This document shows positions 11,776 to 21,674 of a DNA stretch of 57,973 bases, in pieces. Source of the stretch: an uncultured Erysipelotrichaceae bacterium (GTDB taxonomy: Bacteria > Bacillota_I > Bacilli_A > RFN20 > CAG-826); NCBI GenBank assembly GCA_902803375.1, contig CADCPN010000031.1:1-57973 (forward strand). Reading direction: 5' to 3'. Made by a program: the position numbers and the translations under genes. The notes under the pieces were generated by a model. The model had not been told where the DNA came from. It saw only the letters and a program-made list of their open reading frames with translations, and made no database searches. The first letter of the stretch is position 1. The number at the start of each line of letters is the position of its first letter.

Positions 11776-11800
11776 GCTTCCTAGGATGCAACTAGGAAGC
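11776..11800 (-). promoter_or_regulatory. perfect 9-bp-stem hairpin in the cysE 5' leader
   Basis: GCTTCCTAG-N7-CTAGGAAGC, about 35 nt upstream of the cysE ATG. No U-tract and no T-box motif were seen. Confidence 0.3.
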
Positions 11801-12062
11801 TCTTGATGCTTTCCAATAGAGGATATTAGCAAGAAGAGGCAAAATGAGGAAGAAGGGCAATGCTAAGCAAATCGTTGAGGGAAGCCCTCTTTTTGCTAAA
11901 AGCAATCTGCATACCTTTATATATAAGGATAAGCGGCTTGCCCCTTGCCTTCGTTCTACTTGCCCTGTCAAAGAAACTATCTTTTTACTAAGCCTCCGAC
12001 ATCCATAAACAAATGATGTTTATGATACAATGCTAGAGTCAAAAGAAGGATTTGCAAGCAAT

Positions 12063-13007
12063 ATGGCTTTTAGTGTCAATAACCAACCAAGAATCATCTA
12101 TATGGGCACCCCCGAGATCTCCGCGATCGTCCTCCGCGGCATGATCGAGGCCGGATTCAACATCGTCGCCCTTATCACCAATGAGGATAAGCCCGTTGGC
12201 AGAAAGAAAGAACTGGAGCCCACCCCAACCAAAAAGGTGGCCGCTACGCATCATATCCCCGTCTATCAGCCTCATCGCATTCGTGAGGATAACGCGTTTC
12301 TTAAGGATATCCCCTGCGACATCATCGTCACGATGGCCTATGGCCAAATCGTGCCGAAAGAGGTTTTGGATCACCCTTCCATCGGCTGCATCAACCTTCA
12401 TGGCTCCCTTTTGCCAAAACTGCGCGGCGCCGCGCCGATTCAGCGCTCCATCATGGAGGGCGACAAGGTCACCGGCGTCACCCTCATGCAGATGGTCGAC
12501 AAGATGGATGCCGGCGTCATGTATGACAAAAAGGAAGTCGTCATCGAAGATAATGACAACTATACCTCTTTATCCATCAAGATTGGCGAGGCCGCAAAAG
12601 ACCTTATCGTCGAAGACCTTCTTAAGTATGCAAATGGAAAGCTTCCTGGCCTAGCGCAGAAAGAAGAAGAGGTCACCTTCGCCGCGAAGATTAAGCCAAC
12701 TGACGAGCACTTATCTTTAGATATGGAAGCCACTGACCTCGTGAATATGATCCGTGGCTTATCGCTGACGCCAGGAGGATATTTCCTACTGGAAGGCAAG
12801 AAGCTAAAAGTCTTCGGCGCAGTCATCGATAGAAAAGGCGAAGAAGCACCCATCGGCACAATACTCTCCCTTAAAAAAGGCGTGTTCCTGCAGGCAAAAG
12901 GCGCGGTCCTCTCTTTGTCTTCCCTTCAGTTAGAAGGCAAGAAGAGCATGGACGCCAAGTCTTTTGCTAACGGCAATCAGAACCTCCTTGGCAAGGTCCT
13001 AAAATAA
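12063..13007 (+). CDS. fmt: methionyl-tRNA formyltransferase
   Basis: RIIYMGTPEIS...INLHGSLLPKLRGAAPIQ are canonical Fmt motifs. The ORF track starts at 12030, but the ATG at 12063 (MAFSVNNQPRIIYMGTPE) fits homolog N-termini better. Confidence 0.9.
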   Translation: MAFSVNNQPRIIYMGTPEISAIVLRGMIEAGFNIVALITNEDKPVGRKKELEPTPTKKVAATHHIPVYQPHRIREDNAFLKDIPCDIIVTMAYGQIVPKEVLDHPSIGCINLHGSLLPKLRGAAPIQRSIMEGDKVTGVTLMQMVDKMDAGVMYDKKEVVIEDNDNYTSLSIKIGEAAKDLIVEDLLKYANGKLPGLAQKEEEVTFAAKIKPTDEHLSLDMEATDLVNMIRGLSLTPGGYFLLEGKKLKVFGAVIDRKGEEAPIGTILSLKKGVFLQAKGAVLSLSSLQLEGKKSMDAKSFANGNQNLLGKVLK

Positions 13008-13010
13008 AGG

Positions 13011-15362
13011 ATGGCTAACGGCAAGCGCTTCCTGCATCTATCCGTCCACGAACTCGTTGACTGCCTTCTCCGCACCGGCGACATCGATGACCGCGTCTAT
13101 AACCAAGAGACCATGCAGATGGGCTCAAAGCTGCACGCGGCCTATCAACAGAAGCAAGGCAACGAGTATCTTTCCGAATACCCCCTTGCCGAGACTTTTG
13201 AAAGGAAAGATGGCATCATCGCCCTTCAGGGCCGGGCGGATGGCATCATCTATAGGGACGGCGAGATGCCAATCATCGATGAGATCAAGTCCACGGTCGA
13301 GAAGCTGGAGGACTTCTTCCTCGAGCAGGAGCAATGGCATTTGGGCCAGGCGCTTTGCTATGCCCTTATGTACCTCCATGAAAAAGGCGGCAAGGAAATC
13401 GGCATTCAGCTTACCTATATCTCCCAGATCGACCAGCGCAAGATGGTCAAAAGCTATACCTATACGCTAGAGCAGGTGGAGGAGAAGGTATATGGCTACA
13501 TGGACGAGTACCTCGACTTCCATTCCTTTATCTACAAGCACCAGCAAAGAAGGAACGAGACCGCGAAGTCCCTTCCCTTCCCCTATAAGCATTTCCGCGA
13601 TGGCCAGCATGATTTGGCTAAGTATTGCTATGGCGTCGCCAAGCATGGCGGCATCTTCTTCGCCGAAGCCCCAACCGGCATCGGCAAGACGATGTCCACC
13701 CTTTTCCCATTCGTGAAAAGCTTCGCCGATGGCCATACCGATAGGATCTTTTACCTCACCGCGAAGAATACGGGCGGCCTCGCCGCCTATGATGCGATGG
13801 GCGAGCTTTATGAGAAAGGCTTCGAGGGCTTCGACTCCTTCCTTATTGCCAAGGAGAAGATGTGCTTTAACCCAGGCCACAGCTGCAACCCCGATGATTG
13901 CCCCTTCGCCAAAGGCTATTACACCAAATTGAAGCAGACCCTTCTTGACGTCGCCTCTTCCGGCAAACGCTTCGACCGCAGCACCATCGTCGATACCTGC
14001 ATGAGCAATAGGATTTGTCCTTTCGAGTTCCAGCTCGACCTCTCGCTTTGGAGCGACGTCATCATCGCCGACTATAACTATTTCTTCGACCCCATCGTGT
14101 ATTTGGAACGTTATTTCGACCCGATGGTCGACTCTTCCCGCGACCTGATCCTCGTCGATGAAGCCCATAACCTCGTCGACCGCGGCCGCGACATGTATTC
14201 GGTGACCCTATATTCCAATGACCTCTCCGCGGCGAAGAAGCTATTGAAAGGCAAGCAATATACCGCCTTAAAACGCGGCATCACCAAAGTGGAGAAGGCC
14301 CTTCTTGGCCTTCTTCCTAGCAATGAGGATAGGCTGCAGCTAGAAATTCCTCCCGATGATGTTGAAAAAGCCATCGATGCCATGAGGAGAGCCGAGCAGA
14401 AGTTCCAGAAGGAGACCCCTGAGAAGCTCCCGCTTCCCTTTGCTGATTTTGGCAGGGCGAGCAACCGTTACCTAAAGCTCGTGAAGGAATATTTCTCCTC
14501 CTCTAGTAGGGTCTATGCGACTAGGGAAGGAAAAGGAGTGGCGCTTCATATCCTTTGCCTAGACGCCTCAAAATATCTAGAGGAATCGATGAGCAAGGTC
14601 AAAGGCGTGGTCCTTTTCTCCGCCACGCTATCCCCCATCTCCTATTACATGGATTCCTTAACGGGAAAAAGCAACCATCCCTACTTGCTTTTGCCTTCCC
14701 CTTTCCCGAAAGAGAACTTCGATTTGATGCTCGCGCCTAACGTCTCCGTCCGCTATAAGGATAGGGCCGCCACCTATCAGGAGGTCGCGAATTACCTTAG
14801 GGAATTCGTCGCCGGGAAAAAGGGCAATTACTTCCTTTTCTTCCCAAGTTACGATTACCTGATGAACATCACGCCTTACCTAGATTTCGGCAAGGCCGCG
14901 ACCTTCCCGCAGACTAGGCAGATGAGCGAAGAGGATAGAGCCTCTTTCCTCTCTAATTTCCCCCTTAATCCCGGCAATACCAACGTCGGCTTATTGATCC
15001 TTGGAGGCGCCTTCAGCGAAGGCATCGATATGGCGGATGACCGCCTTATCGGCGTCGCCGTCATCGGCATTGGCCTGCCGCAGGTAGGCTTTGAGAATGA
15101 TTTGCTGAAAGACTACCACCAAAAGCGCAGCGGCAACGGCTTCGACTACGCCTATAAAGACCCTGGCATGAACAAAGTCATGCAGGCGGTCGGAAGACTG
15201 ATCCGAAGCGAAACCGACCGTGGGGCCGCGCTTTTGATCGATGACCGCTACATGAGGAATGAGTACCGCGACCTCTTCTCTAGGACTTGGACGAGCTATG
15301 ATGTCGCCTTAAGCCCAATTGACGTAAGGGAAAACCTCATTTCTTTCTATAAGAAAAACTGA
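13011..15362 (+). CDS. fusion of an N-terminal PD-(D/E)xK (RecB/Cas4-like) nuclease domain to an XPD/DinG/Rad3-family Fe-S DNA helicase
   Basis: 783 aa. Nuclease motifs: GRAD (D77), IIDEIK (D90-E91-K93) and QALCY (Q113..Y117). Helicase motifs: Walker [11 protein letters not shown] and DEAH box LVDEAHNL. A four-Cys cluster (MCF..HSC..DDC..ICPF) lies between them, as in the XPD 4Fe-4S domain. C-terminal motif VI-like QAVGRLIRS. Confidence 0.85.
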   Translation: MANGKRFLHLSVHELVDCLLRTGDIDDRVYNQETMQMGSKLHAAYQQKQGNEYLSEYPLAETFERKDGIIALQGRADGIIYRDGEMPIIDEIKSTVEKLEDFFLEQEQWHLGQALCYALMYLHEKGGKEIGIQLTYISQIDQRKMVKSYTYTLEQVEEKVYGYMDEYLDFHSFIYKHQQRRNETAKSLPFPYKHFRDGQHDLAKYCYGVAKHGGIFFAEAPTGIGKTMSTLFPFVKSFADGHTDRIFYLTAKNTGGLAAYDAMGELYEKGFEGFDSFLIAKEKMCFNPGHSCNPDDCPFAKGYYTKLKQTLLDVASSGKRFDRSTIVDTCMSNRICPFEFQLDLSLWSDVIIADYNYFFDPIVYLERYFDPMVDSSRDLILVDEAHNLVDRGRDMYSVTLYSNDLSAAKKLLKGKQYTALKRGITKVEKALLGLLPSNEDRLQLEIPPDDVEKAIDAMRRAEQKFQKETPEKLPLPFADFGRASNRYLKLVKEYFSSSSRVYATREGKGVALHILCLDASKYLEESMSKVKGVVLFSATLSPISYYMDSLTGKSNHPYLLLPSPFPKENFDLMLAPNVSVRYKDRAATYQEVANYLREFVAGKKGNYFLFFPSYDYLMNITPYLDFGKAATFPQTRQMSEEDRASFLSNFPLNPGNTNVGLLILGGAFSEGIDMADDRLIGVAVIGIGLPQVGFENDLLKDYHQKRSGNGFDYAYKDPGMNKVMQAVGRLIRSETDRGAALLIDDRYMRNEYRDLFSRTWTSYDVALSPIDVRENLISFYKKN

Positions 15363-15390
15363 CTTTTTGCTAATATTAGCGCCGAAAACT

Positions 15391-17205
15391 ATGCCATTTG
15401 ATCAGAAACACATCAGAAACTTCTCCATCATCGCCCACATCGACCATGGCAAATCCACCTTAGCCGACCGCATTTTGGAGCTCACCAATACCGTCTCGCA
15501 GAGGGAGATGAAGGAGCAGATCCTCGATTCCATGGACCTTGAAAGGGAACGCGGCATCACGATTAAGCTCAATGCCGTCACCGTCACCTACAAGGCGAAG
15601 GATGGCGAGGAGTACATCTATAACCTCATCGACACCCCAGGGCACGTCGACTTCACCTACGAGGTCTCCCGCTCCCTCGCCGCCTGCGAAGGCGCGCTTT
15701 TGGTCGTCGATACCACCCAAGGCGTCCAGGCCCAGACCCTCGCCAACGTCTACCTCGCCGTTGATAACAACCTCGCGATTCTTCCCGTCCTCAACAAAGT
15801 CGACCTCCCTTCCTCGATGCCAGACCTCGTCAAAGATGAGATCGAAAACCGCATCGGCATCGATTGCTCCGACGCCTGCCTGATCTCCGCGAAAACCGGC
15901 TTTGGCGTAGCCGAGGTCCTAGAGAAGATCGCCAAGGATATCCCCTCTCCTTCTGGCGATCCCTCCGCGCCATTAGAAGCGCTCATCTTCGACTCCTATT
16001 ACGATTCCTACCGCGGCGTCGTCGTTCTCATCCGCATCAAAAACGGCTCCGTCAAAGTCGGCGATACCATCCGCCTCATGCAGGCTGGCAAGGAATACCT
16101 CGTCACCGAAGTCGGCATCCGCACCCCCAACGAAATGAAGACTCTCTCGCTAGATTGTGGGGAAGTCGGCTATCTCGCCGCCCAAATCAAGGACATCCAC
16201 GATGTCTTCCCCGGCGAAACGATCACCCTCGCCTCCAATCCGGCCAAAAAGCCGCTTCCTGGCTACCGCAAGATGAACCCGATGGTCTATTGCGGCCTCT
16301 ACCCCGTCGAGTCCAAGGCCTATCCTGACCTAAAGGATGCCCTTGAAAAGCTCTCCCTTAACGATGCCTCATTAGTATTTGAGCCTGAAACATCCAAAGC
16401 CCTAGGATTTGGCTTCCGCTGCGGCTTTTTGGGGCTTCTCCATATGGATGTCGTAGAGGAGAGGCTGGAGCGGGAATATAACCTCAACCTCATCCTGACC
16501 GCCCCAAGCGTCGTCTATCACGTTAACCTCACTAACGGCACGCAGATCAAGATCTCTAACCCGAGCGAGCTCCCCGATTTGGCGAAGGTCGCCTCCATCG
16601 AAGAGCCCTATGTCTCCGCCTCCATCATGTCTCCCAAGGAGTACGTCGGCCCGATCATGACGCTATGTCAGGATAAGCGCGGCATCTATAAGGATATCGA
16701 ATACTTCGATGACACCCGCGTCATCGTCAAATACGATATGCCGCTATCGGAGATCATCTATTCCTTCTTTGATAAGCTAAAGTCCTTCACCAAAGGATAT
16801 GCCTCTCTTGACTACGAGATTTCGGATTATCGCCCTTCAGAGCTTTGCAAGATGGACATCCTCCTAAATGGCGAAGTCATCGATGCTCTCTCTTCCATCG
16901 TCTATAAACCTAGCGCCTATAATCGCGGCTTGGCGATCGTCTGCAAGCTAAAGACCCTCATCCCAAGGCAGCAGTTCGAAGTTCCTATCCAGGCGGCGAT
17001 CGGCGGCAAGGTCATTGCCCGCGCGGATATCAAATCCATGCGCAAAGACGTTCTCGCCAAGTGCTATGGCGGCGATATCTCCCGTAAGAAGAAGCTTTTG
17101 GAGAAGCAGAAGGAAGGCAAGAAGCGCATGAAAGCCATCGGCTCGGTCGAGGTCCCGCAGGAAGCCTTCATGTCCGTCCTCTCCATCGATGACGACATGA
17201 AATAA
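15391..17205 (+). CDS. lepA: translation elongation factor 4 (LepA)
   Basis: [20 protein letters not shown] and DTPGHVDF are GTPase motifs, and the LepA C-terminal domain is present. The ATG at 15391 is preferred over the TTG at 15367. Confidence 0.96.
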   Translation: MPFDQKHIRNFSIIAHIDHGKSTLADRILELTNTVSQREMKEQILDSMDLERERGITIKLNAVTVTYKAKDGEEYIYNLIDTPGHVDFTYEVSRSLAACEGALLVVDTTQGVQAQTLANVYLAVDNNLAILPVLNKVDLPSSMPDLVKDEIENRIGIDCSDACLISAKTGFGVAEVLEKIAKDIPSPSGDPSAPLEALIFDSYYDSYRGVVVLIRIKNGSVKVGDTIRLMQAGKEYLVTEVGIRTPNEMKTLSLDCGEVGYLAAQIKDIHDVFPGETITLASNPAKKPLPGYRKMNPMVYCGLYPVESKAYPDLKDALEKLSLNDASLVFEPETSKALGFGFRCGFLGLLHMDVVEERLEREYNLNLILTAPSVVYHVNLTNGTQIKISNPSELPDLAKVASIEEPYVSASIMSPKEYVGPIMTLCQDKRGIYKDIEYFDDTRVIVKYDMPLSEIIYSFFDKLKSFTKGYASLDYEISDYRPSELCKMDILLNGEVIDALSSIVYKPSAYNRGLAIVCKLKTLIPRQQFEVPIQAAIGGKVIARADIKSMRKDVLAKCYGGDISRKKKLLEKQKEGKKRMKAIGSVEVPQEAFMSVLSIDDDMK

Positions 17206-17225
17206 ACCAAATCCTTTTTGGCTTA

Positions 17226-17250
17226 GGTCTAGAGCAATCTAGGCCTTTTT
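17226..17250 (+). terminator. Rho-independent terminator of lepA
   Basis: Stem GGTCTAGA / TCTAGGCC with a GCAA loop, followed by TTTTT. Confidence 0.65.
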
Positions 17251-17354
17251 ATTTTATCTAGTCGCCATCGAATATTCTTCGATAAAATTAGTAGTTTTTT
17301 GGTTGTATAGACTTAAGTCCCTGTTTATAATCAAGGGTAAGAGAAGGCGAAAAT

Positions 17355-18857
17355 ATGGCATCGAAGACCAATGAAATCCGCTATACGGATGAGAACTACG
17401 TGACCGAGCAAGGCCTCAAGAAAGCCCTCGGCATCTCCTTAATCGATTACATCTGGAAAGGCATCGATAATTATCGCTATGCCAACGCCAGAAGGCTCAA
17501 CCTCCGCACGATCACCCAGATCCCCTTCTGGTACACCTCGACAGAGGCCCTTTACGATAAATACACCGCCTTCGAGACCAAGCTTTCCTATTTACAGACC
17601 GAATATAGCAAGATCGCCCTTGATCCGGAATTAAAGAAAGAAGCCGATAAAAAGGTTAATTTCATCATCGTCAAAGCCATCGCCGAAGCCTCTTGCATCG
17701 AATTAGACGACCTCTCTGCCAAAGCCCTCGTCAACGGGCTATATCATCCTACCGATGAGAAGCAGACCGCCCTTCTTAATTACTTCAATGCGCTTAGGTC
17801 GCTTACCCGTGACTTATCGATCTCTAGCGGCGAGGACTTCATCGCCAAAGAATACGCCACTATCCTTGGCACCGAGGACCTTCTCTCCTTTTATAGGGAT
17901 TCCGATCCGAAGAACATCTTCTCCACGGTCATCGTCGGAAGAGTCTATGAATCCGCGCCCTGCGAGCAGATCAATTCCTTGATGGATGCCCTATGGGACT
18001 TCATCAACGTCGATTCGAGCAAAGGTTTCATCAAGGCTCTCACCACCCTTTATTACGTCAACTACGTTAAGCCATTTGACCTATATAACCCGATGGTCGC
18101 CTCGCTGCTAGGCAAATACGTTCTCGGACAAAATAACCTAGCCGGCATCGCAACTATCCTTCCTCTAGAATTGCTATTGATCCCGACGGATAGAAGCAAG
18201 GATGAAAACGTCGAGATCCAAAAGAAGGGCGATATCACCTACTTCCTTTTATACGGCATCGATAAGCTCACCCCGATCATCGACTCCCTCCTTGATGAGT
18301 TCGTCTCCATCAAGAAGGCGAAGATCGCGCAAGAATTCGTCGCCTTTCCGCAAGAAGAGATCCCCATGGAGGCTAAGCCTGCTATCGAGCCTTCTCCCTT
18401 AGAAAAGAAGGCTGCTACGCCAGTAGAAGCCTCCCCCGAGTCAACCTCGAATGAGCCTGCCAAGGCGCAGGCGGCTCCCTCTCTCCCTCTCTCCCCTAGC
18501 AAGATTAAGCCAATAGAGAAAGTTTCAGTAGAAAGAATCGAGCAAACTAGCGATAATTCCCTTACGGGCTCCCTTGCCTTGTCGCTGCCGAAATCCAACC
18601 TCTCCGAGAAGGAGATGAAGGAAGTGGCGAGATACATCCTCGAGACCCATCCCAATATCCGCAAAGGCCAGGCCAACTTCTTTGCCTCCCATTGCACGAT
18701 CGGCAGATATTACACGATCCAGGACTACAAGAAAGCTAACAAGGTCGCCTACGAAACCGCGCGCACCAGCATGGATAACCTTGCCCTAGAAGGCTTCTAT
18801 AAGAAGCTGCAGATCAAGAACAAATACGTCTACACCCCCATCAAACAAGGAGAATAA
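17355..18857 (+). CDS. Fic-like protein with a degenerate active-site motif, a Pro/Ala/Ser-rich linker and a C-terminal winged-helix-like domain
   Basis: 500 aa. VKPFDLYNPMVAS (nt 18066-18104) occupies the position of the Fic motif IHPFxDGNGRxxR, with His and both Arg replaced. The C-terminus (YTIQDYKKANKVAYETARTSMDNLALEGFYKK) resembles the wHTH tail common in Fic proteins. Confidence 0.45.
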   Translation: MASKTNEIRYTDENYVTEQGLKKALGISLIDYIWKGIDNYRYANARRLNLRTITQIPFWYTSTEALYDKYTAFETKLSYLQTEYSKIALDPELKKEADKKVNFIIVKAIAEASCIELDDLSAKALVNGLYHPTDEKQTALLNYFNALRSLTRDLSISSGEDFIAKEYATILGTEDLLSFYRDSDPKNIFSTVIVGRVYESAPCEQINSLMDALWDFINVDSSKGFIKALTTLYYVNYVKPFDLYNPMVASLLGKYVLGQNNLAGIATILPLELLLIPTDRSKDENVEIQKKGDITYFLLYGIDKLTPIIDSLLDEFVSIKKAKIAQEFVAFPQEEIPMEAKPAIEPSPLEKKAATPVEASPESTSNEPAKAQAAPSLPLSPSKIKPIEKVSVERIEQTSDNSLTGSLALSLPKSNLSEKEMKEVARYILETHPNIRKGQANFFASHCTIGRYYTIQDYKKANKVAYETARTSMDNLALEGFYKKLQIKNKYVYTPIKQGE

Positions 18858-18862
18858 CCATA

Positions 18863-19111
18863 ATGAACTTCGTACTCTTCGCCTCCGATTTCCCCGGTTG
18901 GGCCATACTGCTATTGATCCTCGCCATCTTCCTGCTCATCATCCTCGGCGTCATGCTTCTAAAAAAGCATACCAAGCTATTCAAGGATGATTCCAAGCCG
19001 AAGTCCGAGAAAGAGATCGCCGCGGAAGAGCTCAATCGCCTCCTCACCCCGATCGATGAGCCCCTTCAGGAGAAGAAAGAAGGGGAAGACGAGGACGAGA
19101 AAGAGAAGTAA
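18863..19111 (+). CDS. small single-pass membrane protein with an acidic C-terminal tail
   Basis: 82 aa with one strong TM helix (WAILLLILAIFLLIILGVMLL) and a K/E/D-rich tail. Its stop overlaps the hemW ATG (TAATG). Confidence 0.5.
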   Translation: MNFVLFASDFPGWAILLLILAIFLLIILGVMLLKKHTKLFKDDSKPKSEKEIAAEELNRLLTPIDEPLQEKKEGEDEDEKEK

Positions 19112-20208
19112 TGGCGCTGCCCACCTCTCTTTACATCCATATTCCCTTCTGCCGGCACATCTGCGCTTATTGCGACTTCCCCAAACTCTTCTACAAGGAA
19201 GAATGGGGGAAGGCATACATAAGCGCTCTTTTTGATGAGCTGGATTCCTATAACATCGAGAAAGGCTCTTTGAAGACCATCTATATCGGAGGCGGCACGC
19301 CTACCGCCCTAGACGATGAGCTTTTATCCTCCTTGCTAAAAAAAGTCAGGCCTTATCTATCTTCTTCCTATGAGTTCACCGTTGAGGCTAACCCAGAGAC
19401 CATTACGCAAGAAAAGGCAAAGATCCTCTATACTGCTGGGGTAAACCGCGTCTCAGTTGGCGTAGAAAGCTCCTCGCCTAGGCTATTGAAGCTGATGGGC
19501 AGGGCCCATAGTTTTTCTGATGCGGTTACTTCCATTGCCATCTTGAAGAAGATAGGCATTTCCAATATCAACGCGGATATGATCTATGCTCTTCCCACAG
19601 AGACCTATGAAGACGTAAAAAAGGATATCGATGCCTTCCTCTCTTTGGATATCGATCACCTTTCTTGCTATTCTTTGATTTTAGAAGGTGGGACGATATT
19701 CTCCGCCAAAGGCATCAAAGAAGCCCCCTCTGATACCCAGGCTGACCAATACGAATTGATCCTAAGATGCTTGCGCAAGGCCGGATTCACCCGTTACGAG
19801 GTCTCTAATTTCGCTAGAAACGGAAAAGAGTCGGAGCATAACAAGGTTTATTGGAGGGATGAGCCCTATTATGGGGCCGGGCTTGGCGCCGCTGGCTATA
19901 TTGGCAACAAAAGATATAAAAATACCTTAAATTTCAATACCTATTGCAAAGGAAAGCATTTAGACTATGAAGAGGAAGTGGGTGCCGATGACGACGTCCA
20001 TTACTTCCTTCTCACGAACCTTCGCCTCGCGCAAGGATTCCACCTTGCAACCTTCAAGTCTCGATTTGGCTTTTCTTTGGAACAAGAGAAGTCCAAAGAG
20101 CTTGCATCCTTAAAGAAAAACGGCCTCATATCCATTGAGGAAGGCCGCCTATATTGCACGGATAAAGGCTTACTATTGCTCGATTCCGTCTTGCTGGAAC
20201 TTTTTTAG
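19111..20208 (+). CDS. hemW: radical SAM heme chaperone HemW (HemN-like, oxygen-independent coproporphyrinogen oxidase family)
   Basis: CRHICAYCDF is a CxxxCxxC radical SAM motif. The GGGTP motif and the position after lepA are as in B. subtilis. Confidence 0.88.
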   Translation: MALPTSLYIHIPFCRHICAYCDFPKLFYKEEWGKAYISALFDELDSYNIEKGSLKTIYIGGGTPTALDDELLSSLLKKVRPYLSSSYEFTVEANPETITQEKAKILYTAGVNRVSVGVESSSPRLLKLMGRAHSFSDAVTSIAILKKIGISNINADMIYALPTETYEDVKKDIDAFLSLDIDHLSCYSLILEGGTIFSAKGIKEAPSDTQADQYELILRCLRKAGFTRYEVSNFARNGKESEHNKVYWRDEPYYGAGLGAAGYIGNKRYKNTLNFNTYCKGKHLDYEEEVGADDDVHYFLLTNLRLAQGFHLATFKSRFGFSLEQEKSKELASLKKNGLISIEEGRLYCTDKGLLLLDSVLLELF

Positions 20209-20261
20209 CGAAGGTATTTCGCTACAAAAAATACCATTGTGTTATCATTGCCTACTGAAGT

Positions 20262-20849
20262 ATGAAAAAATTTTTCGCGTCACCCTTACTTTTATCCTCC
20301 TTATTGCTATCTGGCTGCATCGACTCCCTCGACCGCGGTTTTTTCATCACGGGGAATAACGGCTCCGATAGCCTCGTCATGGAAGCCGTCGAATACACCA
20401 AGAAAGAGACGGAGGCCCCTTTCATCACGTTGATGATCGCCAATACCTATTATGCGAAGGATGAAGATGGCGCCATCGTCAAAGCCTATAGCCCCTCTTC
20501 GGTCCCTAGTAGCTTTAAATCCATCAAGCTCGCCGCCCATATGGATGGCTTTGATTTAGTTTATGATGTGCCGGTGGCGGAGTATGGCAAGATGGAAAAC
20601 GGCATCCTCGCCGAGAACAAAAGCAAAGCGGTGGCCGAGGATTTCAAGCTCCGTTACCGTTTCTCCCTGCAAGAATATCTTTCTAATTCCTCCCTAGATA
20701 CCATCACGGTGGAATCCACCTATGTCTATGATTGCCCCAATAACGTCATTACAGGCAATAAATACACCTTCGCCGTCGAAAGAAAAGCGGAGAAGACCGC
20801 TTTGTCTTTCCTCTCTTCTTCATTATTCCGCTCTAGCGAGGCGGATTAA
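20262..20849 (+). CDS. lipoprotein of unknown function
   Basis: Signal peptide with lipobox LLSGC (MKKFFASPLLLSSLLLSGC). Confidence 0.6.
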   Translation: MKKFFASPLLLSSLLLSGCIDSLDRGFFITGNNGSDSLVMEAVEYTKKETEAPFITLMIANTYYAKDEDGAIVKAYSPSSVPSSFKSIKLAAHMDGFDLVYDVPVAEYGKMENGILAENKSKAVAEDFKLRYRFSLQEYLSNSSLDTITVESTYVYDCPNNVITGNKYTFAVERKAEKTALSFLSSSLFRSSEAD

Positions 20850-21493
20850 GCCTTCCTGATAAGCAAGTACCAATGGGAATAGCCGGTGGCATTCCCATTT
20901 TCCTTTATCGAATCGATTCGCTCTAGCGTCAGGATCTCAAAGTCTTTGAACAAGATATCGATATCAGCTTTGTCTGCATGGGAATGGGGGATGCCTTGCT
21001 CTGGGCCAGGCTTAGTATCAATAACGGTCCAAGGGTCCAGAAGAGAGGATCCTTCGCTTGGGAAATCCTCTTCTTTTCGGCAAAGGTCCATATAGGCCTC
21101 GCCGCCATGGCGCAAAACGCGATAGATCTCAGATAACACCATATCGATGCCTTTTCTATCGGTGTGGCTCACTACGTGGTTAGCGAAGAGGCAATCGAAG
21201 GTTTGCTTGCCATATTCTAGATGGTGCATATCCCCAATAGTCGCGTCGACGCCTAGCTTTTTGGTGGCTATTACGGCATCGCTAGATAAATCAAAAGCTT
21301 TGACGGCGAAGCCATTTTCCTTAAAGAAAAGGGCGTGCCTTCCCAATCCGCAGCCAAAGTCGAGGTAATCTTTCTTCCCTTGCCCTTTCCAGCGGCTAAC
21401 TAGGTAATAGGCGATGGGTTCAGGGGTTAGCCAAGGCTCCTTTTTGCTTTCTTTCTCCCAATCCCAGGCCTTCGCGATCGCTTCTTTTTCCAT
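20846..21493 (-). CDS. class I SAM-dependent methyltransferase
   Basis: Motif I is DFGCGLGRH, with a post-I acidic residue (AFD). The ATG at 21491-21493 (MEKEAIAK...) is preferred over the upstream extension to 21562. Confidence 0.75.
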   Translation of the reverse strand: MEKEAIAKAWDWEKESKKEPWLTPEPIAYYLVSRWKGQGKKDYLDFGCGLGRHALFFKENGFAVKAFDLSSDAVIATKKLGVDATIGDMHHLEYGKQTFDCLFANHVVSHTDRKGIDMVLSEIYRVLRHGGEAYMDLCRKEEDFPSEGSSLLDPWTVIDTKPGPEQGIPHSHADKADIDILFKDFEILTLERIDSIKENGNATGYSHWYLLIRKA

Positions 21494-21583
21494 ATATCTC
21501 TTAATCTCTATATATAAGGATAAGGGAAGAAACCTGGTAAGTAGAAAGGAAATGCCCAGCATGACGAAAAATATTTCAACTTT

Positions 21584-21610
21584 TTAGCGCTCTAGCCTTG
21601 ACAGTGCTAA
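21584..21610 (+). promoter_or_regulatory. CIRCE operator 1 (HrcA binding site)
   Basis: TTAGCGCTC-N9-CAGTGCTAA against the consensus TTAGCACTC-N9-GAGTGCTAA. Confidence 0.8.
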
Positions 21611-21625
21611 AGTCGTTCCTATAAT
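21598..21625 (+). promoter_or_regulatory. sigmaA-type promoter of the hrcA operon
   Basis: TTGACA (21598-21603), 16-nt spacer, TATAAT (21620-21625). It overlaps CIRCE 1. Confidence 0.65.
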
Positions 21626-21629
21626 GTAC

Positions 21630-21656
21630 CTAGCACTCGAAAGTAAAGACTGCTAG
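21630..21656 (+). promoter_or_regulatory. CIRCE operator 2
   Basis: CTAGCACTC-N9-GACTGCTAG, directly downstream of the -10 box. Confidence 0.7.
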
Positions 21657-21674
21657 AAAGGCTAGGTAATCGAG

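Noticed and set aside
11844-12008. A 54-aa + strand ORF ([17 protein letters not shown]...) with an AAGAGG SD-like sequence in the cysE-fmt intergenic region.
   Set aside because: There is no recognisable family. It spans a hairpin/T-run and the fmt promoter region, and its composition is not protein-like. I could not support it beyond the SD-like hexamer.
18360-18540. An apparent repeat region (Pro/Ala/Ser/Glu-rich) inside the Fic-like gene.
   Set aside because: It is low-complexity at the protein level only. No DNA-level tandem repeat unit could be aligned.
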